Source: Octopus vulgaris (Eukaryota). From it: a stretch of 64,000 nt of DNA. The notes below the pieces were generated by a model. The model was not told where the DNA came from, searched no databases, and was given only the letters and a program-made list of their open reading frames with translations. The position numbers and the translations under genes were made by a program. The stretch is from contig OX597814.1 of assembly GCA_951406725.2 (NCBI GenBank), forward strand, positions 217,682,001 through 217,746,000, in the 5' to 3' direction. Positions 52,848 through 64,000 of the stretch are shown in pieces (position 1 is the stretch's first letter; every line of letters begins with the position of its first letter).

Positions 52848-53203
52848 TCATCATCATCATCGTTTTCCATGCTGGCATGGGTTGGATGACAAACTAGGAG
52901 TTGGAGACTGGCAAGCTAGGAGGCTGCATCAGGCTCCAATCTGATCTGGATGCACTTCCCAATGTCAACCACTCTAAGAGTGTAGTGGGTGCTTTTTACA
53001 TGCCACCAGCACGGGAGTCAGTCAGGTGGCACTGGCATCGACCACATTTGGATGGTGCTTTTTATGTGCCACGGCTACGAGGATCCATTCAGGCGGCACT
53101 GGCATCGACCCACGCATGGATAGTGCATATTGCATGCCACTAGTATAGGAGCCAGTCAGGCAGTACTGGCATTGGCTGACGCTAAATGATGATGATGATG
53201 ATA
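52848..53203 (-). mobile_element. RTE LINE 3' end with tails at both ends
   Basis: (CAT)n at left and gacgctaaat(gat)n at right, both flanked by (TA)n. Confidence 0.75.
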
Positions 53204-53499
53204 TATATATAATAGTGTACATTTAAACACAACAGGCAGTTTTTACATGCTAGAAGAAGTAGTCAAAATGACCAAAATGACATTTAAGAACAATCTTCAA
53301 AAGGAATGAAAAATAAAAACTTTTACCTTGTTATTTTAATCCGGTTTCAAAATTTTTTTAGCAAATAAAATAATTTGCTAGGCGAAATTTCTCATCAGTG
53401 ACCACACCATAACACTAACATATAATTAAGAGACAAATAACACGTGTCTCATCGTTATACATTAATATTTTTCAAATTCACAGCACAAGTGCAGTTTCA

Positions 53500-53547
<48 letters not shown>

Positions 53548-53562
53548 TCATCATCATTTAAG

Positions 53563-53604
<42 letters not shown>

Positions 53605-53772
53605 AATGAGATAGGGGTTGAAAATTCAACCCACCATGGGATAATATATATCCAATATACTGCTAGATAGGTACCCAACAAAATTAATGCATAGATGTTA
53701 AAAATTGTCAAACAATCAGTTCATCTATTGTATTATATGGGTAAAGGTAATAATATTACCGTAAATTAATAC

Positions 53773-54006
53773 TACAAAATTAGAGAATGGAGAAACATAC
53801 TTAAATCAGTAAAACATCAACTATCCGATGATACTCAATCCATACTTTAATACACCATTACATATGAGTAAAGGCAATATATAAAATGAAATGAGATATA
53901 CAGTAATAGTAAAAAGATAAAGAGATATAAGTAAAAAATTTCAAATATAATATGCAAGTTGATGTTTTACTGATTTAAGTATGTTTCTCCATTCTCTAAT
54001 TTTGTA
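53773..54006. repeat. Perfect 50-bp inverted repeat with a 134-nt spacer
   Basis: tacaaaattagagaatggag...catcaact (53773-53822) versus agttgatg...aattttgta (53957-54006). Confidence 0.9.
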
Positions 54007-54155
54007 ATATATATATATATAGATATATATATATACATATATATATGAATAAATGAAAGAATGGAGTCGAACAAAGATGTTAACAAAATTCCTTTACTCT
54101 CGACATATGTTTCGAATTTTCCATGCTGACGATAAACATAGGATAATTCATTCAC

Positions 54156-54201
<46 letters not shown>

Positions 54202-54547
54202 CAGCCAAAGAAAATATGGACACATACTAACAATATTCTTAACAATTAAACCTGGAAAAGTAGAGGACAAGAAAAAACTCATTAAAATTAGAGCTTAAAG
54301 TATTGCTGCCAAAATTAAAATTAAAAAGTATCTCTTTGTTACTTTTTCAAATTTTTTAAAAATTCAATCAATTTCACTTTTCCTTTTTATTTTAATTTTA
54401 TTTTTTGTACTAAATGAATTGATAAAAACATTTTTAATTTTAATTTTAGCAGCAATATTTTAAGCTCTAAGTTCAAAGAGTTTTTTCTTGTCCAGGTTTA
54501 ATTATTAAGAATATTGTTAGTATGCATCTGCATTTTTCATTGGCTAG
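54202..54547. mobile_element. Foldback/MITE-like element
   Basis: Imperfect inverted arms of about 120 bp (catactaacaatattcttaa.../...ttaagaatattgttagtatg). Confidence 0.7.
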
Positions 54548-54758
54548 TCCATGCAGTAATAGTAAAATTTTAATTAAAAATATATAAAATTACCACTTTT
54601 TGCAGTCATTTTGAATTAAAAAATATATTTAAAAAAATTTTATTAAAAAAATCTTGTTATCAAAATAATTTATTCAAAAATGGACTTTAAAAAGCCATAC
54701 TACAAAAATTTGAGCAAAAAATTTTTTATTTTTTATAAAAGATAGTTTAGGCTAATAA

Positions 54759-55667
54759 AATTTTCTACGAATATATGTTATATCGTGTAGATTCCGAATA
54801 TACTAATATTTTTTTTTTTGGGGGGAGTGTTTTAGGAGGGGTTAGGGTGAGGAATTTCGGAAAATTCACCGGAGTTCACTTCAATTCATCTTAACTTTCA
54901 AGAAAATGGATATTTTTTAAAGTAAGGCGTCCATATTTCCTTTTCCTTTTCTCTGTTTTGTGCTTTTGTGCATCCATAGATTTCTAACACACGCACGCAC
55001 AGACACACACACGCCCCCCCCCCCACACATGTAATTAAAAAAAGTTCAAACGGGGAATTATTCCATTCAATATCATATTTATTATAGAGATTATGTAACG
55101 AATTATACTTTACACTTGTATATTTAACTGTGCATGTATATTCCTGATTTTGGCTTCTGGTGTCTTCTGCCTTTCTATTAGAAACGTTTACTTGAGAATT
55201 TACTTAAAGTGGAAAAAAAATCGTATGCAACAGACATGAGTCTTAATAACATCTTTCTGTGTACCAGACATTTAGCTGTTATTTTTAGCATAACGAGTCT
55301 TCTGGTGAGGGCTTCATTTGCCTGTTTGTTGCTTCAGTAGAAATCTACGGATGCACAAACGCAAAAAAAAAAAACGGAGAAAATGAAACAAATATGGACG
55401 ACTTGTTCCGAAACACACCCGACTGGAGAACAGTTCTCAAAAATAACCCTCAATTGTTTTCCCCTAAAATTCCTATGTTCTCAGCATCTACATAGTCCGA
55501 GGTATATTTGTTGAGGATTTCATTAAAAAGTATCCATTTTCTTGAATTCAAGTGGACTCTGGTGAATTTTCCGAAATTCCCCACCCCACCCTTCCTAAAA
55601 CACTCCCCCCCCCCTCAATTTTGTATATTCGGAATCTACATGATATAACACATATTCGTAGAAAATT
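54759..55667. mobile_element. Larger foldback element with long imperfect inverted arms
   Basis: ttttctacgaatat..gtagattccgaatatac..ggaatttcggaaaattcacc is mirrored at 55530-55667. A second mirrored pair lies at about 54927-54985 and 55338-55400. Confidence 0.7.
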
Positions 55668-56224
55668 ACATGAAAAAGTATCCCTTTTTCTGAAAGTTAT
55701 GATCATCTAAATTCAGTGAGAGAGAGGTGAGGACAGAAATCTGTAGTCATGCTTGAGTAGTGTCCCTTTAATATCACACAAAAATTGATAAAAATTTGAG
55801 AATTAAAATTAAATATCTTTTTTTCTACTTCATTAAATTTTCCGAAACCTTTACCAATGTATTCCTTAAACATTTCTCTTTCATATTAATATCAATATAA
55901 TAATACTTAATCAAAATTAAAATAATGGTGTGGATTCAAAGTGTCGATGTAAGGCCTTACTACCCGTCAGTCAACCAGTTTGGTCCATACATTTTTTCTT
56001 TTAACTTTTGTTCTACTGCACCAGTTTTTAAGTATTTTAAGATTTTAAGTATTTAAGTATTAATGTAACTTATCACTAGTCAAACTTAATTCAAAAAACT
56101 AAATTTGATTTCGATTTAAACTGAATTAGTGAGACTGCTTGGAAGATGCCATCTGTGACAAAAACAGCAACGTTAAGAATATTATTTGACTTCTACCGTA
56201 GTTGAATGATGATGATGATGATGA

Positions 56225-56470
56225 TCATCATCATCATCATCGTTTAACGTCCGTTCTCCATGCTAGCATGGGTTGGACGGTTCAACTGGGGATCTGGGAA
56301 GCCAGAAGGCTGCACCAGGCTCCAGTCTTATCTGGCAATGTTTCTACAGCTGGATGCCCTTCCTAACGCCAACCACTCCGTGAGTGTAGTGGGTGCTTTT
56401 TACGTGCCACCCGCACAGGTGCCAGGCGAGGCTGGCAACGGCCACGGTCGGATTGGTGTAATTTACGTGC
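56225..56470 (-). mobile_element. RTE LINE 3' end (SPAG6 intron 1)
   Basis: Same tail and UTR sequence. Abuts a Helitron fragment. Confidence 0.85.
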
Positions 56471-56471
56471 T

Positions 56472-56636
56472 AAATCATAGACTCATCGTAAACGCGCGCT
56501 AATACCCAGACGGGCTCGATATGAATCACGACTATAAGATACCCGGTTTTGGTTAAACTGCACCGCAAAATGTGGGAGTAGTTAGGAATCTAAATCGTAG
56601 GAGACAGACACACAACCTCACTTTTATATATAAAGA
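56472..56636 (-). mobile_element. Helitron 5' fragment
   Basis: Matches the 5' half of the 14811 family. No CTAG end. Confidence 0.75.
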
Positions 56637-56794
56637 TTTCCTCTATTTACATAATATTGAGGTCTCTTTCTTTCTTTTGTTATCTTACTGTTTTTACCAA
56701 TATACATATATATATATAAATATATATATAGTTACAGAGATGTACTTGCATAGCAAGTGACTTGATCTGAGATCGTGTGCTGGAACGAAAACAG

Positions 56795-57053
56795 TTGCAG
56801 CGTTGAAGGTGTTTATAAGCTATTTAAGAAACACACAAAAACCGTTAGATTCACTTCAACATTTAAATTTAATTTGTCAAAATATTTTCGTCGCTTTGAG
56901 ACCGCGACCTGTTAGCACGATATTTTTGTCAGTGAACAGGTCGCGGTCTCAAAGCGAGGAAAATATTTTGGCAAATTAAATTTAAATGTTGAAGTGAATC
57001 TAACGGTTTTTGTGTGTTTCTTAAATGGCTTACAAACACCTTCCACGCTGCAA
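56795..57053. repeat. Inverted repeat with 119-bp arms and a 21-nt spacer (SPAG6 intron 1)
   Basis: 56795-56913 versus 56935-57053, about 5 mismatches. Single arms of this repeat also occur at about 6295-6420 and 59530-59660. Confidence 0.93.
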
Positions 57054-57424
57054 TATATATATATATACACACATATATATATATGTATGTATGTATGTGT
57101 GTATATGTGTATGCATGTATGTGTGTGTGTGTGTGTGCGTGTCTGTGCTTGTGATTGTCCTCCACCACTGCTTGACAACGAATGTTGGTTTGTTTATATC
57201 CCTGTCACCTAGTGGTTTGACAAAGGAAACAGATAGAATAAGTACAATGCTTACAAAAATAAAACTGGAGTTGATTCATTAAACTACAATTCTTCAAGGC
57301 ATTGCCCCAGCATGGCCACAGACCAATGGCTGGAAAAAGCAGAAGAATAAAAGAATACATTCTCTGCTTTGGTCTTATGTTCAAGGCATGAGAAAGCTTG
57401 AGTTTACATGAGAAGGCCTAACAG

Positions 57425-57695
57425 ACCTGGTAGAAACAGCAGCCAAATCTCCCTCAAATCACACCTTACTGTCTTATGTATGTATATATATATGAGCCAA
57501 TGAGGGGGACCTCTACATGGTAGCTAGACCTGGTAGAAATAGCAGCCAAATTTCCCCCAAATCACACCTTACTGTCTTATCTATGTATATATGTATGTAT
57601 GAGCCTATGAGGGAGACCCCTACATGGCAGAAATAGCAGCCAAATCTCCCTCAAATCACACCTTACTGTCTTATGTATGTATATATATATATATA
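57425..57695. repeat. About three tandem units of ~102 bp
   Basis: agaaatagcagccaaatctccctcaaatcacaccttactgtcttat recurs three times. Confidence 0.8.
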
Positions 57696-58191
57696 CAAGC
57701 CACTACGGTTATTTAATGTAAAGTCTTCCTCAAATCACTCTCTTGCTATTTACTCTCTTCCAAGAACATTTTCACTCACTCTTATCTCTTAGCTTCCCAT
57801 ACATTTTACTCATGTATCTATCAGCGTCATAGACAGAAACAAATATTACATCGCCATCGCATTCTATTGTCTACCTGTCAACACACACACAGTGAATTAG
57901 TTTCATTTTATTTGTTGCACACTGTGTGTGTGCGTTTGCGTGTGGTGTAAACCACATTAAGAAAAGCATTTGACATACACACCAGAATGTGAGTTTTCTC
58001 TAAATTTTGCTTAATTGGGGTTGAAATTTTAAAAGCCGGACCTGGCAAAACCCGATGCATTCTACTCTTAAAAATGCTAGGTAAATTGTAATTGAAGAAA
58101 TCCTATATTGTAGATTTCTATAACTGACAAAGGGAGGCAGATAAAATCTGCCTTTTATAATAAGAGATATATATATATGTAGTTATATAAG

Positions 58192-58423
58192 AAGGCGGCG
58201 AGCTGGCAGAAACGTTAGCATGCCGGGCAAAATACTTAGCGGTATTTCGTCTGCCATTACGTTCTGAGTTCAAATTCCACCGAGGTCGACTTTGCCTTTC
58301 TTCCTTTCGGGGTCGATTAAATAAGTACCAGTTACGCACTGGGGTCGATGTAATCGACTTAATCCGTTTGTCTGTCCTTGTTTGTCCCCTCTATGTTTAG
58401 CCTCTTGTGGGTAATAAAGAAAT
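58192..58423 (+). mobile_element. Full-length SINE (family B)
   Basis: ggcggcgagctggcagaa...gagttcaaattcc (B-box-like)...aataaagaaata. Partial copies at about 5303-5475, 6513-6670, 34210-34312, 50293-50470 (minus) and 60008-60210. Confidence 0.85.
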
Positions 58424-58479
58424 ATATATATGTATATATAAATGTATATATATGTATATGTGTGTATTTATATATTATA

Positions 58480-58992
58480 CTAGCAGTATCGCCCGGCGTT
58501 GCTCGGGTTTGTTAGGGAATTAACTATATAAGCATTTTTAGAGAGTTATAGCAAAAAAATGCATTAAAAATGGAATAAAAAGTGATGGTAATTTTTTTTT
58601 TAAATCGTTGACTCAGTGTCTTCAAGCCATGAAGTCGTTGTTCTAAAAGAACGCTGGTCTCCTTTACAACGCTTTACGACGTTGATTTCTTTACACTCCC
58701 TTCCCCACAGATTCACGAGGGAGAAGCAAACAGGTGCAGATGTGAGCGTGGACGCCAACTCCGCCGCCATCGACACACGAAAAATTATGCATTAAAATGG
58801 AATAAAAAATGATGTTAAATTATTTTTAAAATCGTAGACTCATCGTAGACGCACGCTAATACCCAGACGGGCTCGATATGAATCACGACTATAAGATACC
58901 CGAATTTGGTTAAACTGCACCGCAAAATGTGGGAGTAGTTAGGAATCTAAATCGAAGGGGACAGACACTCACACAACTACAGTTTTATATAT

Positions 58993-58995
<3 letters not shown>
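58480..58995 (-). mobile_element. Non-autonomous Helitron, long variant
   Basis: Same termini and internal segment as 37601-38112. Confidence 0.85.
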
Positions 58996-59023
<28 letters not shown>

Positions 59024-59026
<3 letters not shown>

Positions 59027-59501
59027 TCATCATCATCATCATCATCGTTTAACGTCCGTTCTCCATGCTAGCATGGGTTGGACGGTTCAACAGGGTCTGG
59101 GAAGCCAGGAGGCTGCACTAGGCTCCAGTCTGATCTTGGCAGTGTTTCTACAGCTGGATGCTCTTCCTAACGCCAACCACTCCGAGAGTGTAGTTGGTAC
59201 TTTTTATGTGCCAGGTGAGGCTGGCAACGGCCACGATCGGATTGGTGCATTTTACGTGCCACCAGCACAGAAGCCAGTCAAGGCGGCGCTGGCATCGAGG
59301 TGGCGCTGGCATCGAGTTGGTGCTGGCATCGAGGCGGCGCTGGCATCGAGGTGAAGCTGGCATCAAGGTAGCGCTGGCATCGAGGCGGCGCTGGCATCGA
59401 GGTGGGGCTGGCATCGAGGCGGTGCTGGCATCCAGGCGGTGCTGGCATCCAGGCGACGCTGGCATTGAGGTGGCGCTGGCATCGAGGTGGTGGTGGCATC
59501 G
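59024..59501 (-). mobile_element. RTE LINE 3' end running into a 17-bp tandem expansion
   Basis: Standard tail and UTR, then about 13 copies of aggcggcgctggcatcg at 59281-59501. Confidence 0.85.
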
Positions 59502-59678
59502 TATATACATAAAGATGCAGCATAGAATTTTGTCAGTGAACAGGTCACGGTCTCAAAGCAACAAAAATATTATTTTGACAAATTAAATTTAAATGTTGAA
59601 GTGAATCTAACAGTTTTTGTGTGTTTCTTAAATGGCTTATAAACACCTTCCATGCTGCAATTGTTTTTATTATTGCAC

Positions 59679-59735
<57 letters not shown>

Positions 59736-60224
59736 TATTAATATTGAAAAACAACCTTTTTCAAATATATATATGTATGTATATGTATGTATGTATATAT
59801 GTTTGTATGTATATATGTATGTATATATACATACATATATAAGTAAGTTATTTCATTATGTTGGTTTCAAATTTTGGCACGAGGCCAGAGGGTAAGTCAA
59901 CTACATCAACTCTGGTCTTAACAGATATTTATTTTATCAACTTGAAAGGATGAAAGACAATTCTACTAGCTGGTCGCCTGAAGTTATTCCATTATATTGA
60001 ACATTGGAAGGTGGTGAGTTGGCAGAAACATTACCATGCCAGGTGAAATGCTTAGCGGTATTTCGTCTGTCTTTACGCTCAGAGTTCAACTTTGCCTTTC
60101 CTCCTTCGGGGTTGATAATTTAATCACCAGTGTACTGGGATCAATCTAATTGATTGCCCCCACTCCGTCCCCCAAAATTTAAGGCCTTGTGCCTAGAGTA
60201 TAAAATATTATACTGAGTGTTGGG

Positions 60225-60797
60225 CCTGATGGAGGCAAAATAAATGAGTTCCTTTCAAGCATTGGGCTTCCTGGAGGCAAAGTGGCCAAGCTCCTGGGCC
60301 ACATGGAGGCAAAGTAGTTGAGTTCCTTTTGAGTGTTGGGCCTCACAGAGGCAAAGTTACTGAGTTTCTTTCAAATGGGCCTCACAGAAGCAAGATGGCT
60401 GGGTTTCTTTCAAGAATTGGGCCTCATGGGGCCAATGTGGCCAAGCTCCTGGGCCTCATGGGGGCAATGGGGCTGAGCTTGTTTTGAGTGTTGGGCTTCA
60501 CAGAGACAATGACCAAGACCTTTGGCATTATGTCATGCTTCAGAAGAGCCATCAAGCCAAGTAAAATCACGGTCATTCATGACAGATACTGGTGTGACAC
60601 AAATGGCACCTGTGCCAAGGGGCATGTAAAAGCACCCATTACACTCTCAGAGTGGTTGGCATTCGGAAGGGCATCCAGCCATAGAAAGCCATCAGACTGA
60701 ATCCTGGCACAGCCTTGCAGCGTGCCAGCTCAGTCTAACCATCCAAGCCATGAGCAGCATGGACAACTGATGCTAAATGATGATGATGATGATGATG
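60225..60797 (+). mobile_element. Older RTE-like 3' end with degenerate tandem subunits of roughly 30-45 bp
   Basis: Repeated gggcctcatggaggcaa-like motif at 60225-60510, then gcacccattacactc...gaagggcatccagcc and a (GAT)n tail. Confidence 0.65.
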
Positions 60798-61502
60798 TGT
60801 GTATGTGTGTATGTGTGTATGTGTGTGTCTCCTACCAATGACTGTGTGGTAGTTGTCAATGGGAGTTACTGTCATATAAGCAGGATCAGTCTTTTTTCGC
60901 TATTCTCCAAAAACATGTCCAGACATGGGGAAATATTACCTTGCTTGGAAACGGGAGGGTTGGCAACAGGAAGAGCATCTGGCTGTTGAAAATTGGCCTC
61001 AATCAACTCTACAAACCTGGATATGCAAATGTTAAAACAATGAGGATTACTGTGATAATGATGATGATGATGATGATGATATATAATATATATCCTTTTA
61101 ACTTTGTTTCTTTTAAACTATAAAATGTAGAACCATTTGTCACTGGCCTGCCAATGTAAATACCATTGGCTGTATTCACTACACATACAGCATTTCACAA
61201 CTGCAGGCAATGAGGTGTATTAAAGGTTTAAAGGATATTACCTTCAGTATCTTCATGTTCACAGGTTTGTTGTTTCATTATTTATTTTCACACTTAAATA
61301 TGACACTCCCCAGCTTTCACTTTGATTTTTTATTATCTCAAATTTCTGACATAACACATGAGTAAATGTGGTAACTATTTGGAAGTGGATGTGTGATTTG
61401 CTATATCACACATTAGATAAACATTCTCACAAAATTATAAAAACCAGAAACAATTCACTACATGCTATTCACAAAAATTTGTTTCTTTTATATCTATTCC
61501 AG

Positions 61503-61765
61503 TTTTTGAACAGTATCAGAAAGACCGCACCAAATTTGTCCAAACTATAGCTGAGTTGGCATCACGTCCGCAACACATAGAGACATTACAAAATGCTGGT
61601 ATTATGTCACTACTGCGGCCACTCCTTTTGGATATTGTACCAACTGTCCAGCACACTGCTGCTCTAGCTCTAGGTAGACTTGCCAACTACAGTGAAGAAC
61701 TGGCTGAAGCTGTGGTGAAAGGGGACATATTGCCTCAACTTGTTTATTCTTTGGCTGAACAAAAT
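61503..61765 (+). CDS. SPAG6: SPAG6 coding exon 2 (VFEQYQKDRTKFVQTIAELASRPQHIETLQNAG...LPQLVYSLAEQN)
   Basis: Seen: tattccag acceptor, 263 nt, AAT|GTAAGG donor. Armadillo-repeat sequence AALALGRLANY is diagnostic of SPAG6. Confidence 0.97.
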
Positions 61766-62288
61766 GTAAGGCCCACCTCTTTATCCAGCTTTTGTATTGT
61801 CCTCATTACCAATCATCATCCTTTAACTTTTGTTCTACTGCACCAGATATTAAATATTTTATGTCTAAATGTAGCTTATCACTAGTCAAAATAATTCACA
61901 AAAACTAAATTTGATTTTGATTAAAACTGAATTAGTGAGATTGTTTGGAAGACACCAACTGCAACAAAAAAGCTACATTAAGAGTATTATTCAACTGCTA
62001 CCATAGCTGAAATGATAGTTGAATGATATGTATATATATATAATAATAATATGAGGGAATATTATTCCAAACTTACAGGGAAAAATTCAATTTAGAAATA
62101 CTAAATCAAATTTCACAAAATATAATATACATATAAATTAGAAAAAATCCACCTTTTATCAATTCAAAATGAAAAATTAAATTACACCATCTAGAAAATT
62201 ACATATAATAGAAATATTAAATATAAAAAATATACCGATGATTAAGTAATGTGCAAAATAATGAATAAAACGTATGTATTTGGTAGAA

Positions 62289-62392
62289 TAACGACACGTG
62301 TTTCGTGGCTATATTTAAGAAATGATTATAATAAAAATATTAGCAGTAGTAGTAAAATCGCTTCAATATAAATATAGCCACTCATCAGGTTA
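62289..62392 (-). ncRNA. Type I hammerhead ribozyme motif (canonical core)
   Basis: Minus strand: uaac-CUGAUGA-guggcuauauuua[51 nt]uaaauauagccac-GAAAC-ACGU-GUC-guua. Stem I 4 bp, stem II 13 bp perfect, palindromic stem III, GUC site. Confidence 0.85.
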
Positions 62393-62546
62393 AAAATAAC
62401 TACAATAATAAAATAATTAATTAATAAATATACATAAATAATCTTTTAAAATATAAATATATTCTTTAAAATAGAAATCTCTCTCTCTATATATATATAT
62501 ATAAAAACATATAAAACACTCATATTTATTTGTTATTCTTTGACAG

Positions 62547-62730
62547 AGATTCTATAAAAAGTCTGCAGCATTCGTCCTTCGAGCTGTTGCTAAACATTCT
62601 CCAAGTCTAGCTAAGGCTGTAGTAAACAGTGGTGCCCTCGAATCTCTGGCTGTTTGTTTAGAAGAGTTTGACCCTGAAGTTAAAGAGTCTGCTGCCTGGG
62701 CATTTGGATATATTGCTGCACACAACGCAG
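62547..62730 (+). CDS. SPAG6: SPAG6 coding exon 3 (RFYKKSAAFVLRAVAKHSP...LEEFDPEVKESAAWAFGYIAAHNA); gene continues beyond the window
   Basis: Seen: tttgacag acceptor, 184 nt open in phase, CAG|GTAAAT donor. Continues the SPAG6 sequence directly from exon 2. Confidence 0.96.
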
Positions 62731-63269
62731 GTAAATTTATTCACACCTATTTCACCTCATGCATCCAATAGTCAAACCTGGTCAATTAAATTCTTGTATT
62801 TTGTAGTTTTGATTTTTTAATTTTTATTTCAGATCTGTTATATTTATATTTTAGTGAATGAACTATGATGAATATTAGAATAAAAACTTGCTGAAGTAGA
62901 AGATAACATAAATAACCTAACTAAGCACTTCTTATTTCTCTTGCCTCAGTTCAGATTCCACTAGAGTTGGGTGACTTAAAGCTATGCAGTATAAAATATG
63001 CTCCTTTGGTCTGAAAGAGTTTTCTATAGGCTAATGTTTCATGAAGCTCTCGCTTCATTGTATTAAATGGATGAGAAAAAACTAGCCATTGGATGTTCGG
63101 TCATAGACAGTAACCATGGTGCATCTAGTAACTTTTCCAAACTTAGGAAACATAGAATTAACCATGTTTCTCAGAAACAGCTTGATTTTCATCTTCTAGG
63201 ATCAAAGTAAATTTAGAGTAGGAATTTTTTTTCTCTTACTTGGTTTGAAAGAAAGGGGCCATGTTCATA

Positions 63270-63620
63270 ATGTTCACCGGTCGTCTGGGACTGGGAAGAT
63301 TAATGTTATCAAAGTTCTGGTTATCCTGTTGCAAGTCATTGACTGCAAGAAAGGCATGAACAGAAAGGGAATTTCAGTGAACAAAGGTTCTGGGGAGGAA
63401 GAACTGGGTGTAGTAGTTAGTGAGGGACTTGATGGGGGCTGACGACAAAATGAGAAACAGAAGAAAAGGAGGCGAGTAAGCGTAGAGCACCTGAGTAAAG
63501 GTGGGATGAAACTAGCTTGCTCTGAGAAGAGGCCATTGTAGTAATAGGGGAAAAGGTAGAAAGTGAGAGACAGAATGTCTGTGTTAAAGATTGGGGTATG
63601 TCTGTGGGTGACTTCATGCG
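63270..63620 (-). mobile_element. Decayed 3' fragment of the same old LINE family as 31320-31600
   Basis: tgttgcaagt...gggaatt similarity to 31340-31410, judged by eye. Confidence 0.45.
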
Positions 63621-63845
63621 GTTAGCAGGAATAGGATTTTTCTTTTATTTGTTTATGGTCTAGAAAAGGTATGGGAAAACTGCAGCCTGTGGGCCTTTCA
63701 GAATGGGATGCCTGACTAAAACAAATTACCTTGAAAATACTTTTAGTAGTGTGGTCCACATGATGATGAGTTATGTCTCATGCAGCCAGCTTCTTGGAAA
63801 ATGTTGCCCATGCCTGATCTACAATGTGTGTAACACCAGCAGCAA

Positions 63846-63877
<32 letters not shown>

Positions 63878-64000
63878 GCAGCAGTACTATCCCAGATGTG
63901 GGAGCAGCATTGCATTGTGGGAGTTTTGTAAAAGGCCGGTAGTTGTTGAAAAGCTGAAATATTTTCTGGCTCTGAAGGGAAGGATCAGTCTTTGAGATGC

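Noticed and set aside
63836-63883. (CAG)n/(CAA) tract as a polyglutamine exon
   Set aside because: It lies in SPAG6 intron 3 without splice signals or flanking coding similarity, so it is a simple microsatellite.

Overview
Eukaryotic, AT-rich, repeat-dense genomic DNA. The SINE/LINE families, (TA)n/(CAT)n microsatellites and intron sizes suggest a coleoid cephalopod, probably Octopus (inference from recalled repeat families, not a search). Two spliced genes lie head-to-head with ATGs about 290 bp apart: CISD3/MiNT (minus strand, 3 coding exons, 149 aa, two CDGSH motifs) and the first three coding exons of SPAG6/PF16 (plus strand). An RFX X-box and forkhead-like sites sit between them. The rest is mostly mobile DNA: a nearly full-length but disabled RTE-type LINE with a C4HC3 (PHD-like) finger inside the RT region, many truncated copies of its 3' end, a decayed mariner nested in an older LINE, non-autonomous Helitrons, SINEs and foldback elements. 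The most notable hidden signals are: (1) several type I hammerhead-ribozyme motifs, one canonical at 62289-62392, with all four SPAG6-intronic ones antisense to the gene; (2) four tandem arrays (44, 17, ~61/122 and 17 bp units) that appear to have grown out of the transposon they sit in; (3) many long intronic inverted repeats, candidate ADAR substrates; (4) an exact 62-bp copy of CISD3 exon 3 sequence in its own intron. No CRISPR array is present, and the long ORFs in the arrays are artefacts.
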